NCBI GenBank assembly: GCA_002441305.1
Contig: DJVT01000001.1
Location: 2,328 to 55,496 of the forward strand
Origin: Candidatus Omnitrophica bacterium UBA6249
GTDB lineage: Bacteria > Omnitrophota > Gorgyraeia > Gygaellales > Profunditerraquicolaceae
Direction: 5' to 3'
Length of the DNA: 53,169 nt
Positions 45,435 through 53,169 of this stretch are shown in pieces (positions within the stretch are counted from its first letter, which is position 1; every line of letters starts with the position of its first letter). The notes beneath the pieces are model-generated. The model searched no databases, was not told the DNA's origin, and was given only the letters and a program-made list of their open reading frames with translations. A program made the position numbers and the translations under genes.

Positions 45435-45439
45435 AAGAG

Positions 45440-45468
45440 TTGACAAATAGTAATAATTACTATATAGT
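45440..45468 (+). promoter_or_regulatory. Promoter of the second Fur-family gene (TTGACA-17-TATAGT)
   Basis: The -10 ends 6 nt before the ATG at 45475 and no SD is present, so the mRNA may be leaderless. Confidence 0.5.
45448..45462 (+). promoter_or_regulatory. Operator TAGTAAT-A-ATTACTA (7-1-7 palindrome)
   Basis: Perfect palindrome inside the promoter spacer. An extra TAGTAAT half-site lies at 45465-45471. Confidence 0.65.
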
Positions 45469-45474
45469 AATTAA

Positions 45475-45915
45475 ATGCGAGAACAGGAACTTCCGGTAGC
45501 CATGGAGAATTTCAGAAACAAATGCAGGGAGTTTGGGTTGAAAATAACTCCCCAGCGCGCGGCTATTTATAAGGAGCTCTTGCAGGCAAGCGACCACCCT
45601 ACTATCGACAGCATCCTGAAGAAAGTAAGGGTGGTCCTGCCCAGCATTTCTTTTGATACGGTTTACAGGACGGTAATCTCTTTCAGCGAAGCGGGGATTA
45701 TCCACATGGTGGGAGGGTTCGGAGGATCGAGGCGTTTTGACGCCGATACAAGCAGGCACCACCATTTTAAATGCATCAAATGCGGGAAAATATTTGATTT
45801 CTTGAGCGATTATTATGATAATGTGAAAATCCCCGAGGAGTTCAGCCGCAATTTCAAAGTTCTGTCGAAAAGGGTATTATTGGAAGGGATTTGCAGGGAG
45901 TGTTGTAAAAAGTAA
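45475..45915 (+). CDS. Fur/PerR-family transcriptional regulator
   Basis: KITPQR..I...L......T...I, TVYRT, HHHF.C..CG, C..CC motifs. Confidence 0.85.
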   Translation: MREQELPVAMENFRNKCREFGLKITPQRAAIYKELLQASDHPTIDSILKKVRVVLPSISFDTVYRTVISFSEAGIIHMVGGFGGSRRFDADTSRHHHFKCIKCGKIFDFLSDYYDNVKIPEEFSRNFKVLSKRVLLEGICRECCKK

Positions 45916-45933
45916 TTTTTTTTAGTTAGCATA

Positions 45934-45948
45934 TAGTAATAGTTACTA
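45934..45948 (+). promoter_or_regulatory. Operator TAGTAAT-A-GTTACTA (second copy)
   Basis: 6/7 + 7/7 match to 45448-45462. An extra TAGTAAC half-site lies at 45951-45957. Sits ~100 nt upstream of the ferritin-like gene. Confidence 0.6.
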
Positions 45949-46048
45949 AATAGTAACCGCAAGAACCGGTAAAATCGGGAAAGGAGGGGTGAGTAAAACA
46001 GGGTATTTGATTATGCAGGTATATCTTTAGACAAAAAAGGAGGAAGAA

Positions 46049-46492
46049 ATGGCCGAGATTAAAAAGGAATTAGCTGTAATGTTAAACCGCGCGCTCGAAT
46101 TGGAGCATGCGGCGCGGATACAATACCTTGCCCATGCCGAACTGGTCAAAGGCATCAACGCCGAACCGATCATTGCCAGGCTGAAAGAGATAGCGTCCGA
46201 TGAGCAGAAGCACGAGGAAATTTTTCGCGAATTGATTTCCTCTTATCTCGGAGAGGAGCCGGTAATGAGCATGGCTGAGACCTTTAAGGCCGGGGAGATC
46301 GGGGAGATACTCGGGGTCAACCTAAAGGGCGAGAAAGACGCCATAGATTTTTATAAACAGATTTACCAAAAGGTTGTCGATAACAAGAAAAGCCTGCAGT
46401 ATGAAGCTGAAACGCTTGAACACCAGATCCGGCATGTAATTATTGACGAACAGGAGCATGTGTCGGAGATTAACACTTTGTTAGGCAAGTAA
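46049..46492 (+). CDS. Ferritin-like di-iron four-helix-bundle protein
   Basis: LELEHAA, DEQKHEE, GEKDAIDFY, DEQEHVS (E / ExxH pairs). Confidence 0.75.
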   Translation: MAEIKKELAVMLNRALELEHAARIQYLAHAELVKGINAEPIIARLKEIASDEQKHEEIFRELISSYLGEEPVMSMAETFKAGEIGEILGVNLKGEKDAIDFYKQIYQKVVDNKKSLQYEAETLEHQIRHVIIDEQEHVSEINTLLGK

Positions 46493-46500
46493 CGTTCCGT

Positions 46501-46540
46501 GCGCGCGCCGGGCCGCCTCCAGGGCGGGCCCGGCCGCGCA
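46501..46540 (+). terminator. GC-rich imperfect hairpin (probable terminator)
   Basis: GCGCGCCGGGCCGCC / GGGCGGGCCCGGCCGCGC with bulges, then TTT. Confidence 0.45.
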
Positions 46541-46629
46541 TTTCCCTTACCTCTTTACATTCCCCTATTTTTGTGTAAACTGGTCTATAGAAAATAAATC
46601 AACCTGGTTTCATTCCGGAGGGGGTTGTT

Positions 46630-47592
46630 TTGCAGAAGTTTTTTATATTGCTCAAGTCGACTTTTTTCCGCTGGTGGTTCATGGTTACCTTGCTTTATTC
46701 TTCTTCAGCTACCTGCCCATGCTGCGGCAGGCAGGGGTGCCCGGTGGGATTGGGATTTTCTGCTATTTTGGGTTTTATATTTGTCTCCCTGGCAAAACTT
46801 CTGGTTAAAATAGCGCGGGCACGAAAGCTCCTGTTCGGCAGGATCTTATGTTTTTTCGGAGTATTGTCCCTGGCATGTTTATTAAGCTCTTGCGTTACTC
46901 CTCCTGTTCCCCGGCAGGCTGCCCAGCCCTGCGCGCTTAATTTACCTCCTTCTTTGCCCCCTGCAACAAGAAGCGACATTTTGCATACAGTGGCCCCCGG
47001 GGAAAACCTTTGGAGGATAAGCAAGATGTACGATGTCCCCTCCGAGCGGATAATCAGCGCCAATAACCTTGTTTCGAAAGAGCCTGTTTTGAAAAAAGGG
47101 CAGAAGCTTTTGATCCCGGGCGCCTCTCCTGTAGCCCCGGTGATTTCCCTGTATGCGTCCTCCAAATGGAAGTATATTATCATACATCACAGCGCTACCG
47201 ATGAAGGTAATTCTTTGGCTTTTGACAAGGCACACCAAAGGAGAGGCTGGAGCGGGCTGGGATACCATTTTGTGATCGATAACGGGACCAAGGGCAAGAA
47301 AGACGGGCAGATAGAGGTGTCCCCCAGATGGCTGAAACAAAAAGACGGATCCCACTGCCGGGCGGCGGGCATGAATTCCCGCGCCATAGGCATATGCCTC
47401 GTAGGAAATTTCAACAACGAACGCCCCAGCGCAAAACAGATGGAATCGCTTGTTTTCCTGGTGAACAAGTTAAAGAAGTATTACAAGATTCCTTCCCGGC
47501 GTATCCTCGGGCACGGACAGGTGGATGGGGCAAGTACGGATTGCCCGGGAAAAAGATTCCCCTGGAGGGAGTTTTACTCCCGTATCGAATAA
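46630..47592 (+). CDS. LysM-domain N-acetylmuramoyl-L-alanine amidase (Amidase_2/AmpD-like) (TTG start)
   Basis: LysM (H.V..GE.L..IS..Y.V....I...N), IIIHHSAT, GYHF.ID..G, C.G..R. The N-terminal region is unusual (see findings). Confidence 0.8.
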   Translation: MQKFFILLKSTFFRWWFMVTLLYSSSATCPCCGRQGCPVGLGFSAILGFIFVSLAKLLVKIARARKLLFGRILCFFGVLSLACLLSSCVTPPVPRQAAQPCALNLPPSLPPATRSDILHTVAPGENLWRISKMYDVPSERIISANNLVSKEPVLKKGQKLLIPGASPVAPVISLYASSKWKYIIIHHSATDEGNSLAFDKAHQRRGWSGLGYHFVIDNGTKGKKDGQIEVSPRWLKQKDGSHCRAAGMNSRAIGICLVGNFNNERPSAKQMESLVFLVNKLKKYYKIPSRRILGHGQVDGASTDCPGKRFPWREFYSRIE

Positions 47593-47605
47593 ACCCCGCA
47601 TAAAC

Positions 47606-47638
47606 AAAAACCCCCGGGATGACCCTCCGGGGTTTCTT
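47606..47638. terminator. Bidirectional intrinsic terminator
   Basis: A5-CCCCGG...CCGGGG-TTT: stem flanked by an A-run and a T-run. Confidence 0.7.
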
Positions 47639-47802
47639 GTAGGTGATAGGCCTAATAGCTTCCGCTATCCTTCCTAACCTCCTGGTTGTAAATTCCTCTC
47701 CCTGATACAGTGAAAGTATGCCATATAAAATTACGGATTTCAAGGGTAGGCGGAAAATATTTTATTGTGCAGCCCGAGGTTGTTTTATAGTATAATAAAA
47801 CC

Positions 47803-49884
47803 ATGTTTTCCGGAACGTCCATCCAATACCTTAAAGGGGTCGGCCCCAAGAAAGCGGAGGGTTTTTCCTCGAAAGGGATAAATACCATCGACGACCTTTT
47901 ATATTATTTCCCGCGCCGTTACGAGGACCGCAGGGATTTTTCGCCTGTTTCCGGGCTCGAAGAAGGAAAGTTCTATACTATAAAGGCGCATGTCCTGGCG
48001 GGCAACCAGCGTAATTCCTGGAGCAGGAGGTCTTTTAATATAACCGAGGCTGTTTTGGCTGACCAAAGCGGCAGGATAAATTGCGTTTGGTTCAACCAGC
48101 CGTATCTCCAGGGATACCTTAAAGCAGGGGCCCCGGTCATACTTTACGGCAAGGCGGAGATATATAACGGCAGAATGCAAATGAGCAACCCCGAGTATGA
48201 GTTTCTTGATAAGGAAGGCGGGGATTCCTTGAGCATAGGCAGGATTGTGCCTATTTACAGCCTGCCTAAGGGTTTTTCTCAGCGCGGCATGCGCCAGTTG
48301 GTCAAAGATGCCCTGGACGGGTTTCTTCCCCAGGTAAAAGACTGCCTCCCTTATGATATGCGCAAGCGGAACAATCTTTTTAATCTGGCGCAGAGCCTGC
48401 TGAACATACACTTTCCCCAGGATCCCGGGCTGCAGAAAGAGTCTTTTACGCGTTTGAGTTTCGAGGAGTTCTTGATCTTTCAGCTCCCTTTGGCCCTGAG
48501 AAAACTTAAGCGAAAAGAAAAGAAGGGGATAGCGCATAAGGCGGAAGGCCAAATGACCCGGAGTTTCATATCCGGCCTTCCGTTCCGATTGACGGCCGCA
48601 CAGGAAAAAGTTATCGCAGAAATAAAGTCTGACATGGAGTCGGGGCAGGTTATGCAGCGGCTGCTGCAGGGCGACGTAGGTTCGGGCAAGACTGTGGTAG
48701 CTACCTGGGCATGCCTGGCGGCGGCGCAGAGCGGATACCAGGCGGCGTTTATGGCCCCGACGGAGATTCTCGCCCGCCAGCATTACGCCAGGATAACATC
48801 GCAGCTTTCCGGATTACCCCTTCCGGGAAGGAAGATACGCGTGGGGTTGCTGACCGGGCAGAACAATGAAAAAGAGGGCATATATAAAGAAATAAAAGAG
48901 GGGAAGGTTGATCTGGTTATCGGTACCCACGCCCTTCTCCAGGAAAAGGTGGTTTTTAAAGCCCTGAGCTTTATTGTAATAGACGAACAGCATAAATTCG
49001 GGGTAGGCCAGCGCGCGCTCCTGCCCGCGAAAGGAAACAATCCCGACGTATTGATCATGACGGCCACTCCTATACCGCGCACGCTGGCGATAACCCTGTA
49101 TGGAGACCTGGAGATCTCCGTAATTAACGCATTACCGGAAGGGCGCCTGCCCGTAAAGACAGTCCATTTCAGCCAGAAGGAAGAGGATAAAGGTTTTGCC
49201 ATAGCCAGAGATGAGCTTGCCCTTGGCCGCCAGGCATATATCGTTTATCCTGTTATCGAAGAATCTTACGCCCTGGATATCGCAGGGGCAAAAAAGATGT
49301 TTACGCGTCTGAAGGAAGGGCAGTTTAGGGGTTTCAGGGTGGGGTTGGTCCATGGTAAGCTCAAGCCTGCGGAACAGGAAGAGGTGATGTCCGGGTTTAG
49401 AAACAAGAAAATAGACCTATTAATTTCAACCACCATACTTGAAGTAGGGGTGGATGTGCCGGATGCTACATGCATGGTTATCTCTCACGCAGAGCGCTTC
49501 GGATTAAGCCAGCTGCATCAGCTGCGCGGGAGGATCGGCAGGGGCAGGGAGCAGTCTTTCTGCGTGCTTATTTCCGACGCCCAGACAGAGGAGGCCAGGG
49601 CCCGGCTTAACGCCATGGTTGCTTCCTGCGACGGATTCCGTATTTCCGAGGAGGATCTTAAGATCCGCGGCCCGGGGGAATTTTTCGGAAAGCGCCAGCA
49701 TGGCTTGACTGAATTGAAGATAGCCAATCCCCTGACGCAGCTGCAATTGTTGAAGAGGGCAAGGGAGGAGGCCCTGGGGGTTATCTCCAGGGACCCGGGC
49801 TTTTCTTTAAAGGAGAACAGATTATTGAAAGAGTCTTTGCTGCGAAGGTTCCCGGAATATGAGAATTTTATGGAAATCGGTTAA
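47803..49884 (+). CDS. recG: ATP-dependent DNA helicase RecG
   Basis: Wedge-domain N-terminus, GDVGSGKT, DEQHKFG, helicase motifs through QLRGRIGRG. Confidence 0.95.
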   Translation: MFSGTSIQYLKGVGPKKAEGFSSKGINTIDDLLYYFPRRYEDRRDFSPVSGLEEGKFYTIKAHVLAGNQRNSWSRRSFNITEAVLADQSGRINCVWFNQPYLQGYLKAGAPVILYGKAEIYNGRMQMSNPEYEFLDKEGGDSLSIGRIVPIYSLPKGFSQRGMRQLVKDALDGFLPQVKDCLPYDMRKRNNLFNLAQSLLNIHFPQDPGLQKESFTRLSFEEFLIFQLPLALRKLKRKEKKGIAHKAEGQMTRSFISGLPFRLTAAQEKVIAEIKSDMESGQVMQRLLQGDVGSGKTVVATWACLAAAQSGYQAAFMAPTEILARQHYARITSQLSGLPLPGRKIRVGLLTGQNNEKEGIYKEIKEGKVDLVIGTHALLQEKVVFKALSFIVIDEQHKFGVGQRALLPAKGNNPDVLIMTATPIPRTLAITLYGDLEISVINALPEGRLPVKTVHFSQKEEDKGFAIARDELALGRQAYIVYPVIEESYALDIAGAKKMFTRLKEGQFRGFRVGLVHGKLKPAEQEEVMSGFRNKKIDLLISTTILEVGVDVPDATCMVISHAERFGLSQLHQLRGRIGRGREQSFCVLISDAQTEEARARLNAMVASCDGFRISEEDLKIRGPGEFFGKRQHGLTELKIANPLTQLQLLKRAREEALGVISRDPGFSLKENRLLKESLLRRFPEYENFMEIG

Positions 49885-49885
49885 G

Positions 49886-51451
49886 ATGAGGGGGTATAAA
49901 ATCCGTCCCGGATTACTCCTGTTTTTGATTATTGTCTGCGGTTTTTTGTTCAGGTTGAACAACCTGACCGGGCGTTCATTGTGGACCGATGAGTTTTTTA
50001 CCATGTTTCAGTCAAGCGGCCACGGGATGGATATAGAAAGAGCGGGAAAAGAGTCCGCCCAGGGGAATGTCACGCCTTTATCCAGGCCCGGGTATTTCAA
50101 GCGTTTCCTCGAAAACGATTCTTCCAGGAATATCAGAGACGTAACAAACAGCTTGCTGGATACGGATACTCACCCGCCTTTATATTTTTGGATAATTTAT
50201 GCCTGGAGAAGGTTTTTCGGAAGCGGACCGTTTGCCTTGAGGTTTTTTTCAGTATTGGTTGGGACGCTTTCCATATTTTTGTCCTATAAATTAGGGGAAT
50301 GCCTTTTTAACAGGCGTACGGGCATATTTTGCGCTTTATTCAGCGCATTCAGTCCTTTTAGCGTGATTTATTCCCAGGAGGCGCGCGCCTACAGCCTGAT
50401 TATGGCGATCGGCCTTCTTTCTTCTATATTCCTGGTCAAGTTGGAGAAAGAGGGAAGGTGGTCTGATGCGTTTTTGTTCTCGTTATTCAGCGCCGCCGGG
50501 TTATATACGCATTACTTCTATGTTTTTACGGCCCTGGGGCATTTTATCTATTTTAATTTGGCCTGTTCCGGCAAGCCGGTATCAAGGAAGTTTTCTTTTT
50601 CCTGCTTAGGTACTTTGTTTATTTTCTCACCCTGGCTTGCGGTTTTAGCGGTAAAGGGGTATAATTTTACGGCAGCCGGGTGGATATTCGGTTATCCCGG
50701 GTTTGCCGGGAGGCTGTCGGAGATAGGCACGGGGATCGCCGGTTACCTGGCATTGCCCGGCAGGCCGGGAATGGCACATGAGATACTTTCTTTTGCCTCT
50801 TTATTTATTTTTTCCTGGGCCGCATTTTACGGCCTAAAGGAGATGTTTATCAAATACCGCAGGCAGGCCATGTTCTGCCTGTGCATGTTTCTTGTCCCCC
50901 TTGCCGCCATGTTCTTTATAGACGTAATTCAGCATGGGGCCCTGCTGCGCCAGGAACGTTTCTGGATGTTTTCTTTCCTGGGTTTTGTCCCTTTGGCAGG
51001 GTATTGTTTCAATTCCGTTTTCTCCAGCCATAAGGCCTTTACGGCCCTGTTCATATTGTCCCTGGCCGTATTCTCGTTTTTTTCAGGGAAAACGCAGTTT
51101 GGCCCTGCGCCGAAGGCTGCCTGCCGTTGGATAGCCCGGGAGGCCGAAGGGTGCAGAGCGGCGGTATTTGTATGCAATATGAGGGGAGCGTTATTCCCGC
51201 AGTCTTATTATATGGATGAAAGCATCTACTTAGTTCCGGTCTCCAATGCCTCCCAGCTTGCGAACTCCGTAGAAGCTTATGCGGAGAGTTTTGACAGTTT
51301 GTTTCTCGTACGGCATTACCATAGCACGGATGATTCCCTGATGAATGAACTGTTTATGGAAACATATAATATAGGTAAGGGATTTATATTGAAAAAAGAG
51401 ATAGAGATGAACGGAGTTGCCGTTTCCGAATTCGTTAAGAAGGATAGATGA
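49886..51451 (+). CDS. GT39/ArnT-like membrane glycosyltransferase
   Basis: Polytopic. First-loop LWTDE motif and HPPLYFW region typical of PMT/ArnT-type enzymes. Confidence 0.6.
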   Translation: MRGYKIRPGLLLFLIIVCGFLFRLNNLTGRSLWTDEFFTMFQSSGHGMDIERAGKESAQGNVTPLSRPGYFKRFLENDSSRNIRDVTNSLLDTDTHPPLYFWIIYAWRRFFGSGPFALRFFSVLVGTLSIFLSYKLGECLFNRRTGIFCALFSAFSPFSVIYSQEARAYSLIMAIGLLSSIFLVKLEKEGRWSDAFLFSLFSAAGLYTHYFYVFTALGHFIYFNLACSGKPVSRKFSFSCLGTLFIFSPWLAVLAVKGYNFTAAGWIFGYPGFAGRLSEIGTGIAGYLALPGRPGMAHEILSFASLFIFSWAAFYGLKEMFIKYRRQAMFCLCMFLVPLAAMFFIDVIQHGALLRQERFWMFSFLGFVPLAGYCFNSVFSSHKAFTALFILSLAVFSFFSGKTQFGPAPKAACRWIAREAEGCRAAVFVCNMRGALFPQSYYMDESIYLVPVSNASQLANSVEAYAESFDSLFLVRHYHSTDDSLMNELFMETYNIGKGFILKKEIEMNGVAVSEFVKKDR

Positions 51452-51455
51452 TAAA

Positions 51456-51998
51456 ATGCGCATAACCACAGGGAAATACCGTAATCGTAAGATAATGATG
51501 CCCAAGGGGATACGCCCTACCCAGGATAAAGTGCGTAAAGCGATATTCGACATATTGGGGGATATCGAGGAGGCGTCTTTTCTTGAGCTTTTTGCCGGTT
51601 CCGGCGCCGTCGGTTTCGAGGCGCTTTCCCGGGGCGCAGGCGAGGTGGTTATGGTTGAGTCGGGGCATGAGCAATATGCGTGCATAAGGAGGAACGCTTC
51701 TTCGCTTGGCGCCGGCAGCTGCAATATTTACTATCTTGATGCGGAGAAAGCAGTGAGGGTGTTGTGCGGGGACGGAAAGAGATTCGATATAGTCTTCCTG
51801 GATCCTCCTTACAGCAAGGGTATGGCAAAAAAAATCTTGCATACCCTGGAGGGTTATGATATATTATCGCCCAACGGTTTGGTGGTTGTTCAGCATTCCA
51901 GGGAAGAGTCATTACCCGGATCCAGCCCGAAATTCAGCTTGATAAAAGAAGCCAAGTATGGGGATACTTGGATTTCTATTTTTAGGAAGGAAGGATAG
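51456..51998 (+). CDS. rsmD: 16S rRNA (guanine966-N2)-methyltransferase RsmD
   Basis: RPT.D.VR.A.F..L, LELFAGSGA.G.EALSRGA, FLDPPY. Confidence 0.85.
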   Translation: MRITTGKYRNRKIMMPKGIRPTQDKVRKAIFDILGDIEEASFLELFAGSGAVGFEALSRGAGEVVMVESGHEQYACIRRNASSLGAGSCNIYYLDAEKAVRVLCGDGKRFDIVFLDPPYSKGMAKKILHTLEGYDILSPNGLVVVQHSREESLPGSSPKFSLIKEAKYGDTWISIFRKEG

Positions 51999-52000
51999 CC

Positions 52001-52489
52001 GTGTGCCAGGTTGCTTTATACCCGGGGACATTTGACCCGGTAACCAATGGACATATAGACTTGATCTGCAGGGCGCGCGAGATTTTTAATAAAGTGATTG
52101 TCGCCGTGGCTTATAATCCCCATAAAAAACCCCTTTTTAGCGTGGAAGAGAGAGTGGCCATGTTAAAAAAGGCTACCGCGGGGATGGAAGGGGTAAGCGT
52201 AAGATCTTTTGACGGCCTGGTGGTGGATTTCGCGCATAAGATGAAAGCAGGGGTACTGGTGCGCGGAGTGCGCATGCTTTCTGACTTTGAATACGAGTTC
52301 CAGATGGCTTTGACCAACCGTAAGTTAGCCGGAGACATAGAGACGATTTTTCTTATGCCGCATGAATCTTACAGCTATCTGTCGGCGAGGTTGATTAAAG
52401 AGGCGGCCAGCCTGGGGGCGGATTTTTCGGATTTTGTCCCGGATTTTGTGGCGCAGGCCCTGCGTAAAAAACTGTGCCGCAGAAAATAG
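52001..52489 (+). CDS. coaD: Pantetheine-phosphate adenylyltransferase (GTG start)
   Basis: YPGTFDP.TNGH.D.I, RG.R...DFEYE motifs. Confidence 0.9.
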   Translation: MCQVALYPGTFDPVTNGHIDLICRAREIFNKVIVAVAYNPHKKPLFSVEERVAMLKKATAGMEGVSVRSFDGLVVDFAHKMKAGVLVRGVRMLSDFEYEFQMALTNRKLAGDIETIFLMPHESYSYLSARLIKEAASLGADFSDFVPDFVAQALRKKLCRRK

Positions 52490-52520
52490 GATATTTCCGC
52501 ATGGGCCGGGGAGGCAGGCG

Positions 52521-52934
52521 GTGAAGATTTTTATCAATCAGGTTCCTTTTGAGGGGTTATCTCTCGAAGAGGAGATCAGCCCGGCCGAGCTGGATCTCGA
52601 GACGGAAATGATAAAATTTCATTCCGGGTTAAAGATAAAGGCGCACGTGGAGCGGGCTATCAACGCCCTTATCGTAAAGTTGAGCATGCATGCGGTGCTT
52701 AGCGCCTGCTGCTCGCGCTGCCTGGAAGAATTCGAGTGGGATTTAAACAAGGATGTGCAGTTGAGTTATCCTTTTGACAACAGCATAACCTTCGTGGATT
52801 TGAATCCCGACATAAGAGAAGAAGTGATGTTGGATTACCCCGTAAAGCCTTTATGCAGCGAGAAATGTAAAGGGCTTTGCGTCAAATGCGGTAAAAACAA
52901 AAACGAAGGAGGATGTAACTGTGGCTCTACCTAA
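52521..52934 (+). CDS. yceD: YceD/DUF177 family protein (GTG start inferred)
   Basis: CSRCLEEF, and C..C.GLC..CG.N.N...C.C just upstream of rpmF (conserved pairing). GGAGG before the GTG at 52521. Confidence 0.75.
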   Translation: MKIFINQVPFEGLSLEEEISPAELDLETEMIKFHSGLKIKAHVERAINALIVKLSMHAVLSACCSRCLEEFEWDLNKDVQLSYPFDNSITFVDLNPDIREEVMLDYPVKPLCSEKCKGLCVKCGKNKNEGGCNCGST

Positions 52935-53121
52935 AAGAAAACATTCATCTCAGCGTGGAGGCAAGCGTCGTACGCATTGGAAGATCAAGAAAACCAATCT
53001 TATCCCTTGCCCGCAGTGCAAGCAGCTTAAACTTCCCCATCGCGCCTGTCTGGTATGCGGTTATTATGACGGCCGCCAGGTTGCGGAAGTTAAAGTCAAA
53101 GAAAAAAAGAAGAGAAAATAA
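52921..53121 (+). CDS. rpmF: 50S ribosomal protein L32 (GTG start)
   Basis: A.PK.K.S..R...RR.H, C..C......H..C..CG.Y.G. Confidence 0.9.
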   Translation: MALPKRKHSSQRGGKRRTHWKIKKTNLIPCPQCKQLKLPHRACLVCGYYDGRQVAEVKVKEKKKRK

Positions 53122-53169
53122 GCACCTTATAGTTTTTATATAGCGCAATCCTGCCGAGTTTTACGAGGC

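Noticed and set aside
47899-48783. 294-aa minus-strand ORF
   Set aside because: Antisense to recG, which has helicase motifs on the plus strand. Shadow ORF.
1-53169. CRISPR arrays, tRNA genes, transposases, integrases and long repeats
   Set aside because: Intergenic regions were scanned by eye. No regularly spaced direct repeats, no cloverleaf-like tRNA next to 5S, and no recombinase motifs were seen. A by-eye scan can miss short or degenerate elements, so tRNAscan, CRISPR finders and ISfinder should confirm.

Overview
53 kb, almost entirely plus-strand coding, from a roughly 50-55% GC bacterium whose gene content looks anaerobic (lineage not determinable by eye). Left to right: (1) the 3' end of an rRNA operon (23S tail, 5S, intrinsic terminator). 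(2) A sharply AT-rich ~4 kb insert (about 465-4475) with four same-strand genes: a tandem YfbR-like HD phosphohydrolase, a single-pass membrane protein, a SEFIR/TIR-like protein with a large unassigned C-terminal domain, and a tiny two-helix membrane protein. It has no integrase and is bracketed by a 10-bp direct repeat. I consider this the best candidate for an undescribed TIR-based immune module. (3) Core genes at 4.5-29 kb: GYD protein, hydrolase, GAF histidine kinase and receiver, nitroreductase, M15 peptidase, an HtrA protease with an alpha-crystallin domain replacing PDZ, HD-GYP, PilZ, DAHP synthase, pgi, Dus, M42 peptidase, a frameshifted YitT gene, Nudix, AGCS symporter, and a Cas4-like nuclease. 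(4) A ~17 kb metal-homeostasis supercluster (29.4-46.5 kb) with three metalloregulators, each with its own visible palindromic operators. It holds an atypical Fur plus a tightly coupled 10-gene operon (DUF5320, 2x NifX-like, methyltransferase, 2x MinD-ferredoxin ATPases, C_GCAxxG, Mrp, DUF89, MBL). It also holds DtxR plus permease plus feoAAB with two small Cys-rich tail genes, an unassigned 954-aa two-TM envelope protein with a 66-aa partner and a coiled-coil porin, and a second Fur plus a ferritin-like gene. (5) LysM amidase, recG, a GT39-like transferase, rsmD, coaD, yceD, rpmF. I saw no CRISPR array, tRNA, transposase or integrase. All family calls rest on motifs read by eye, not on searches.
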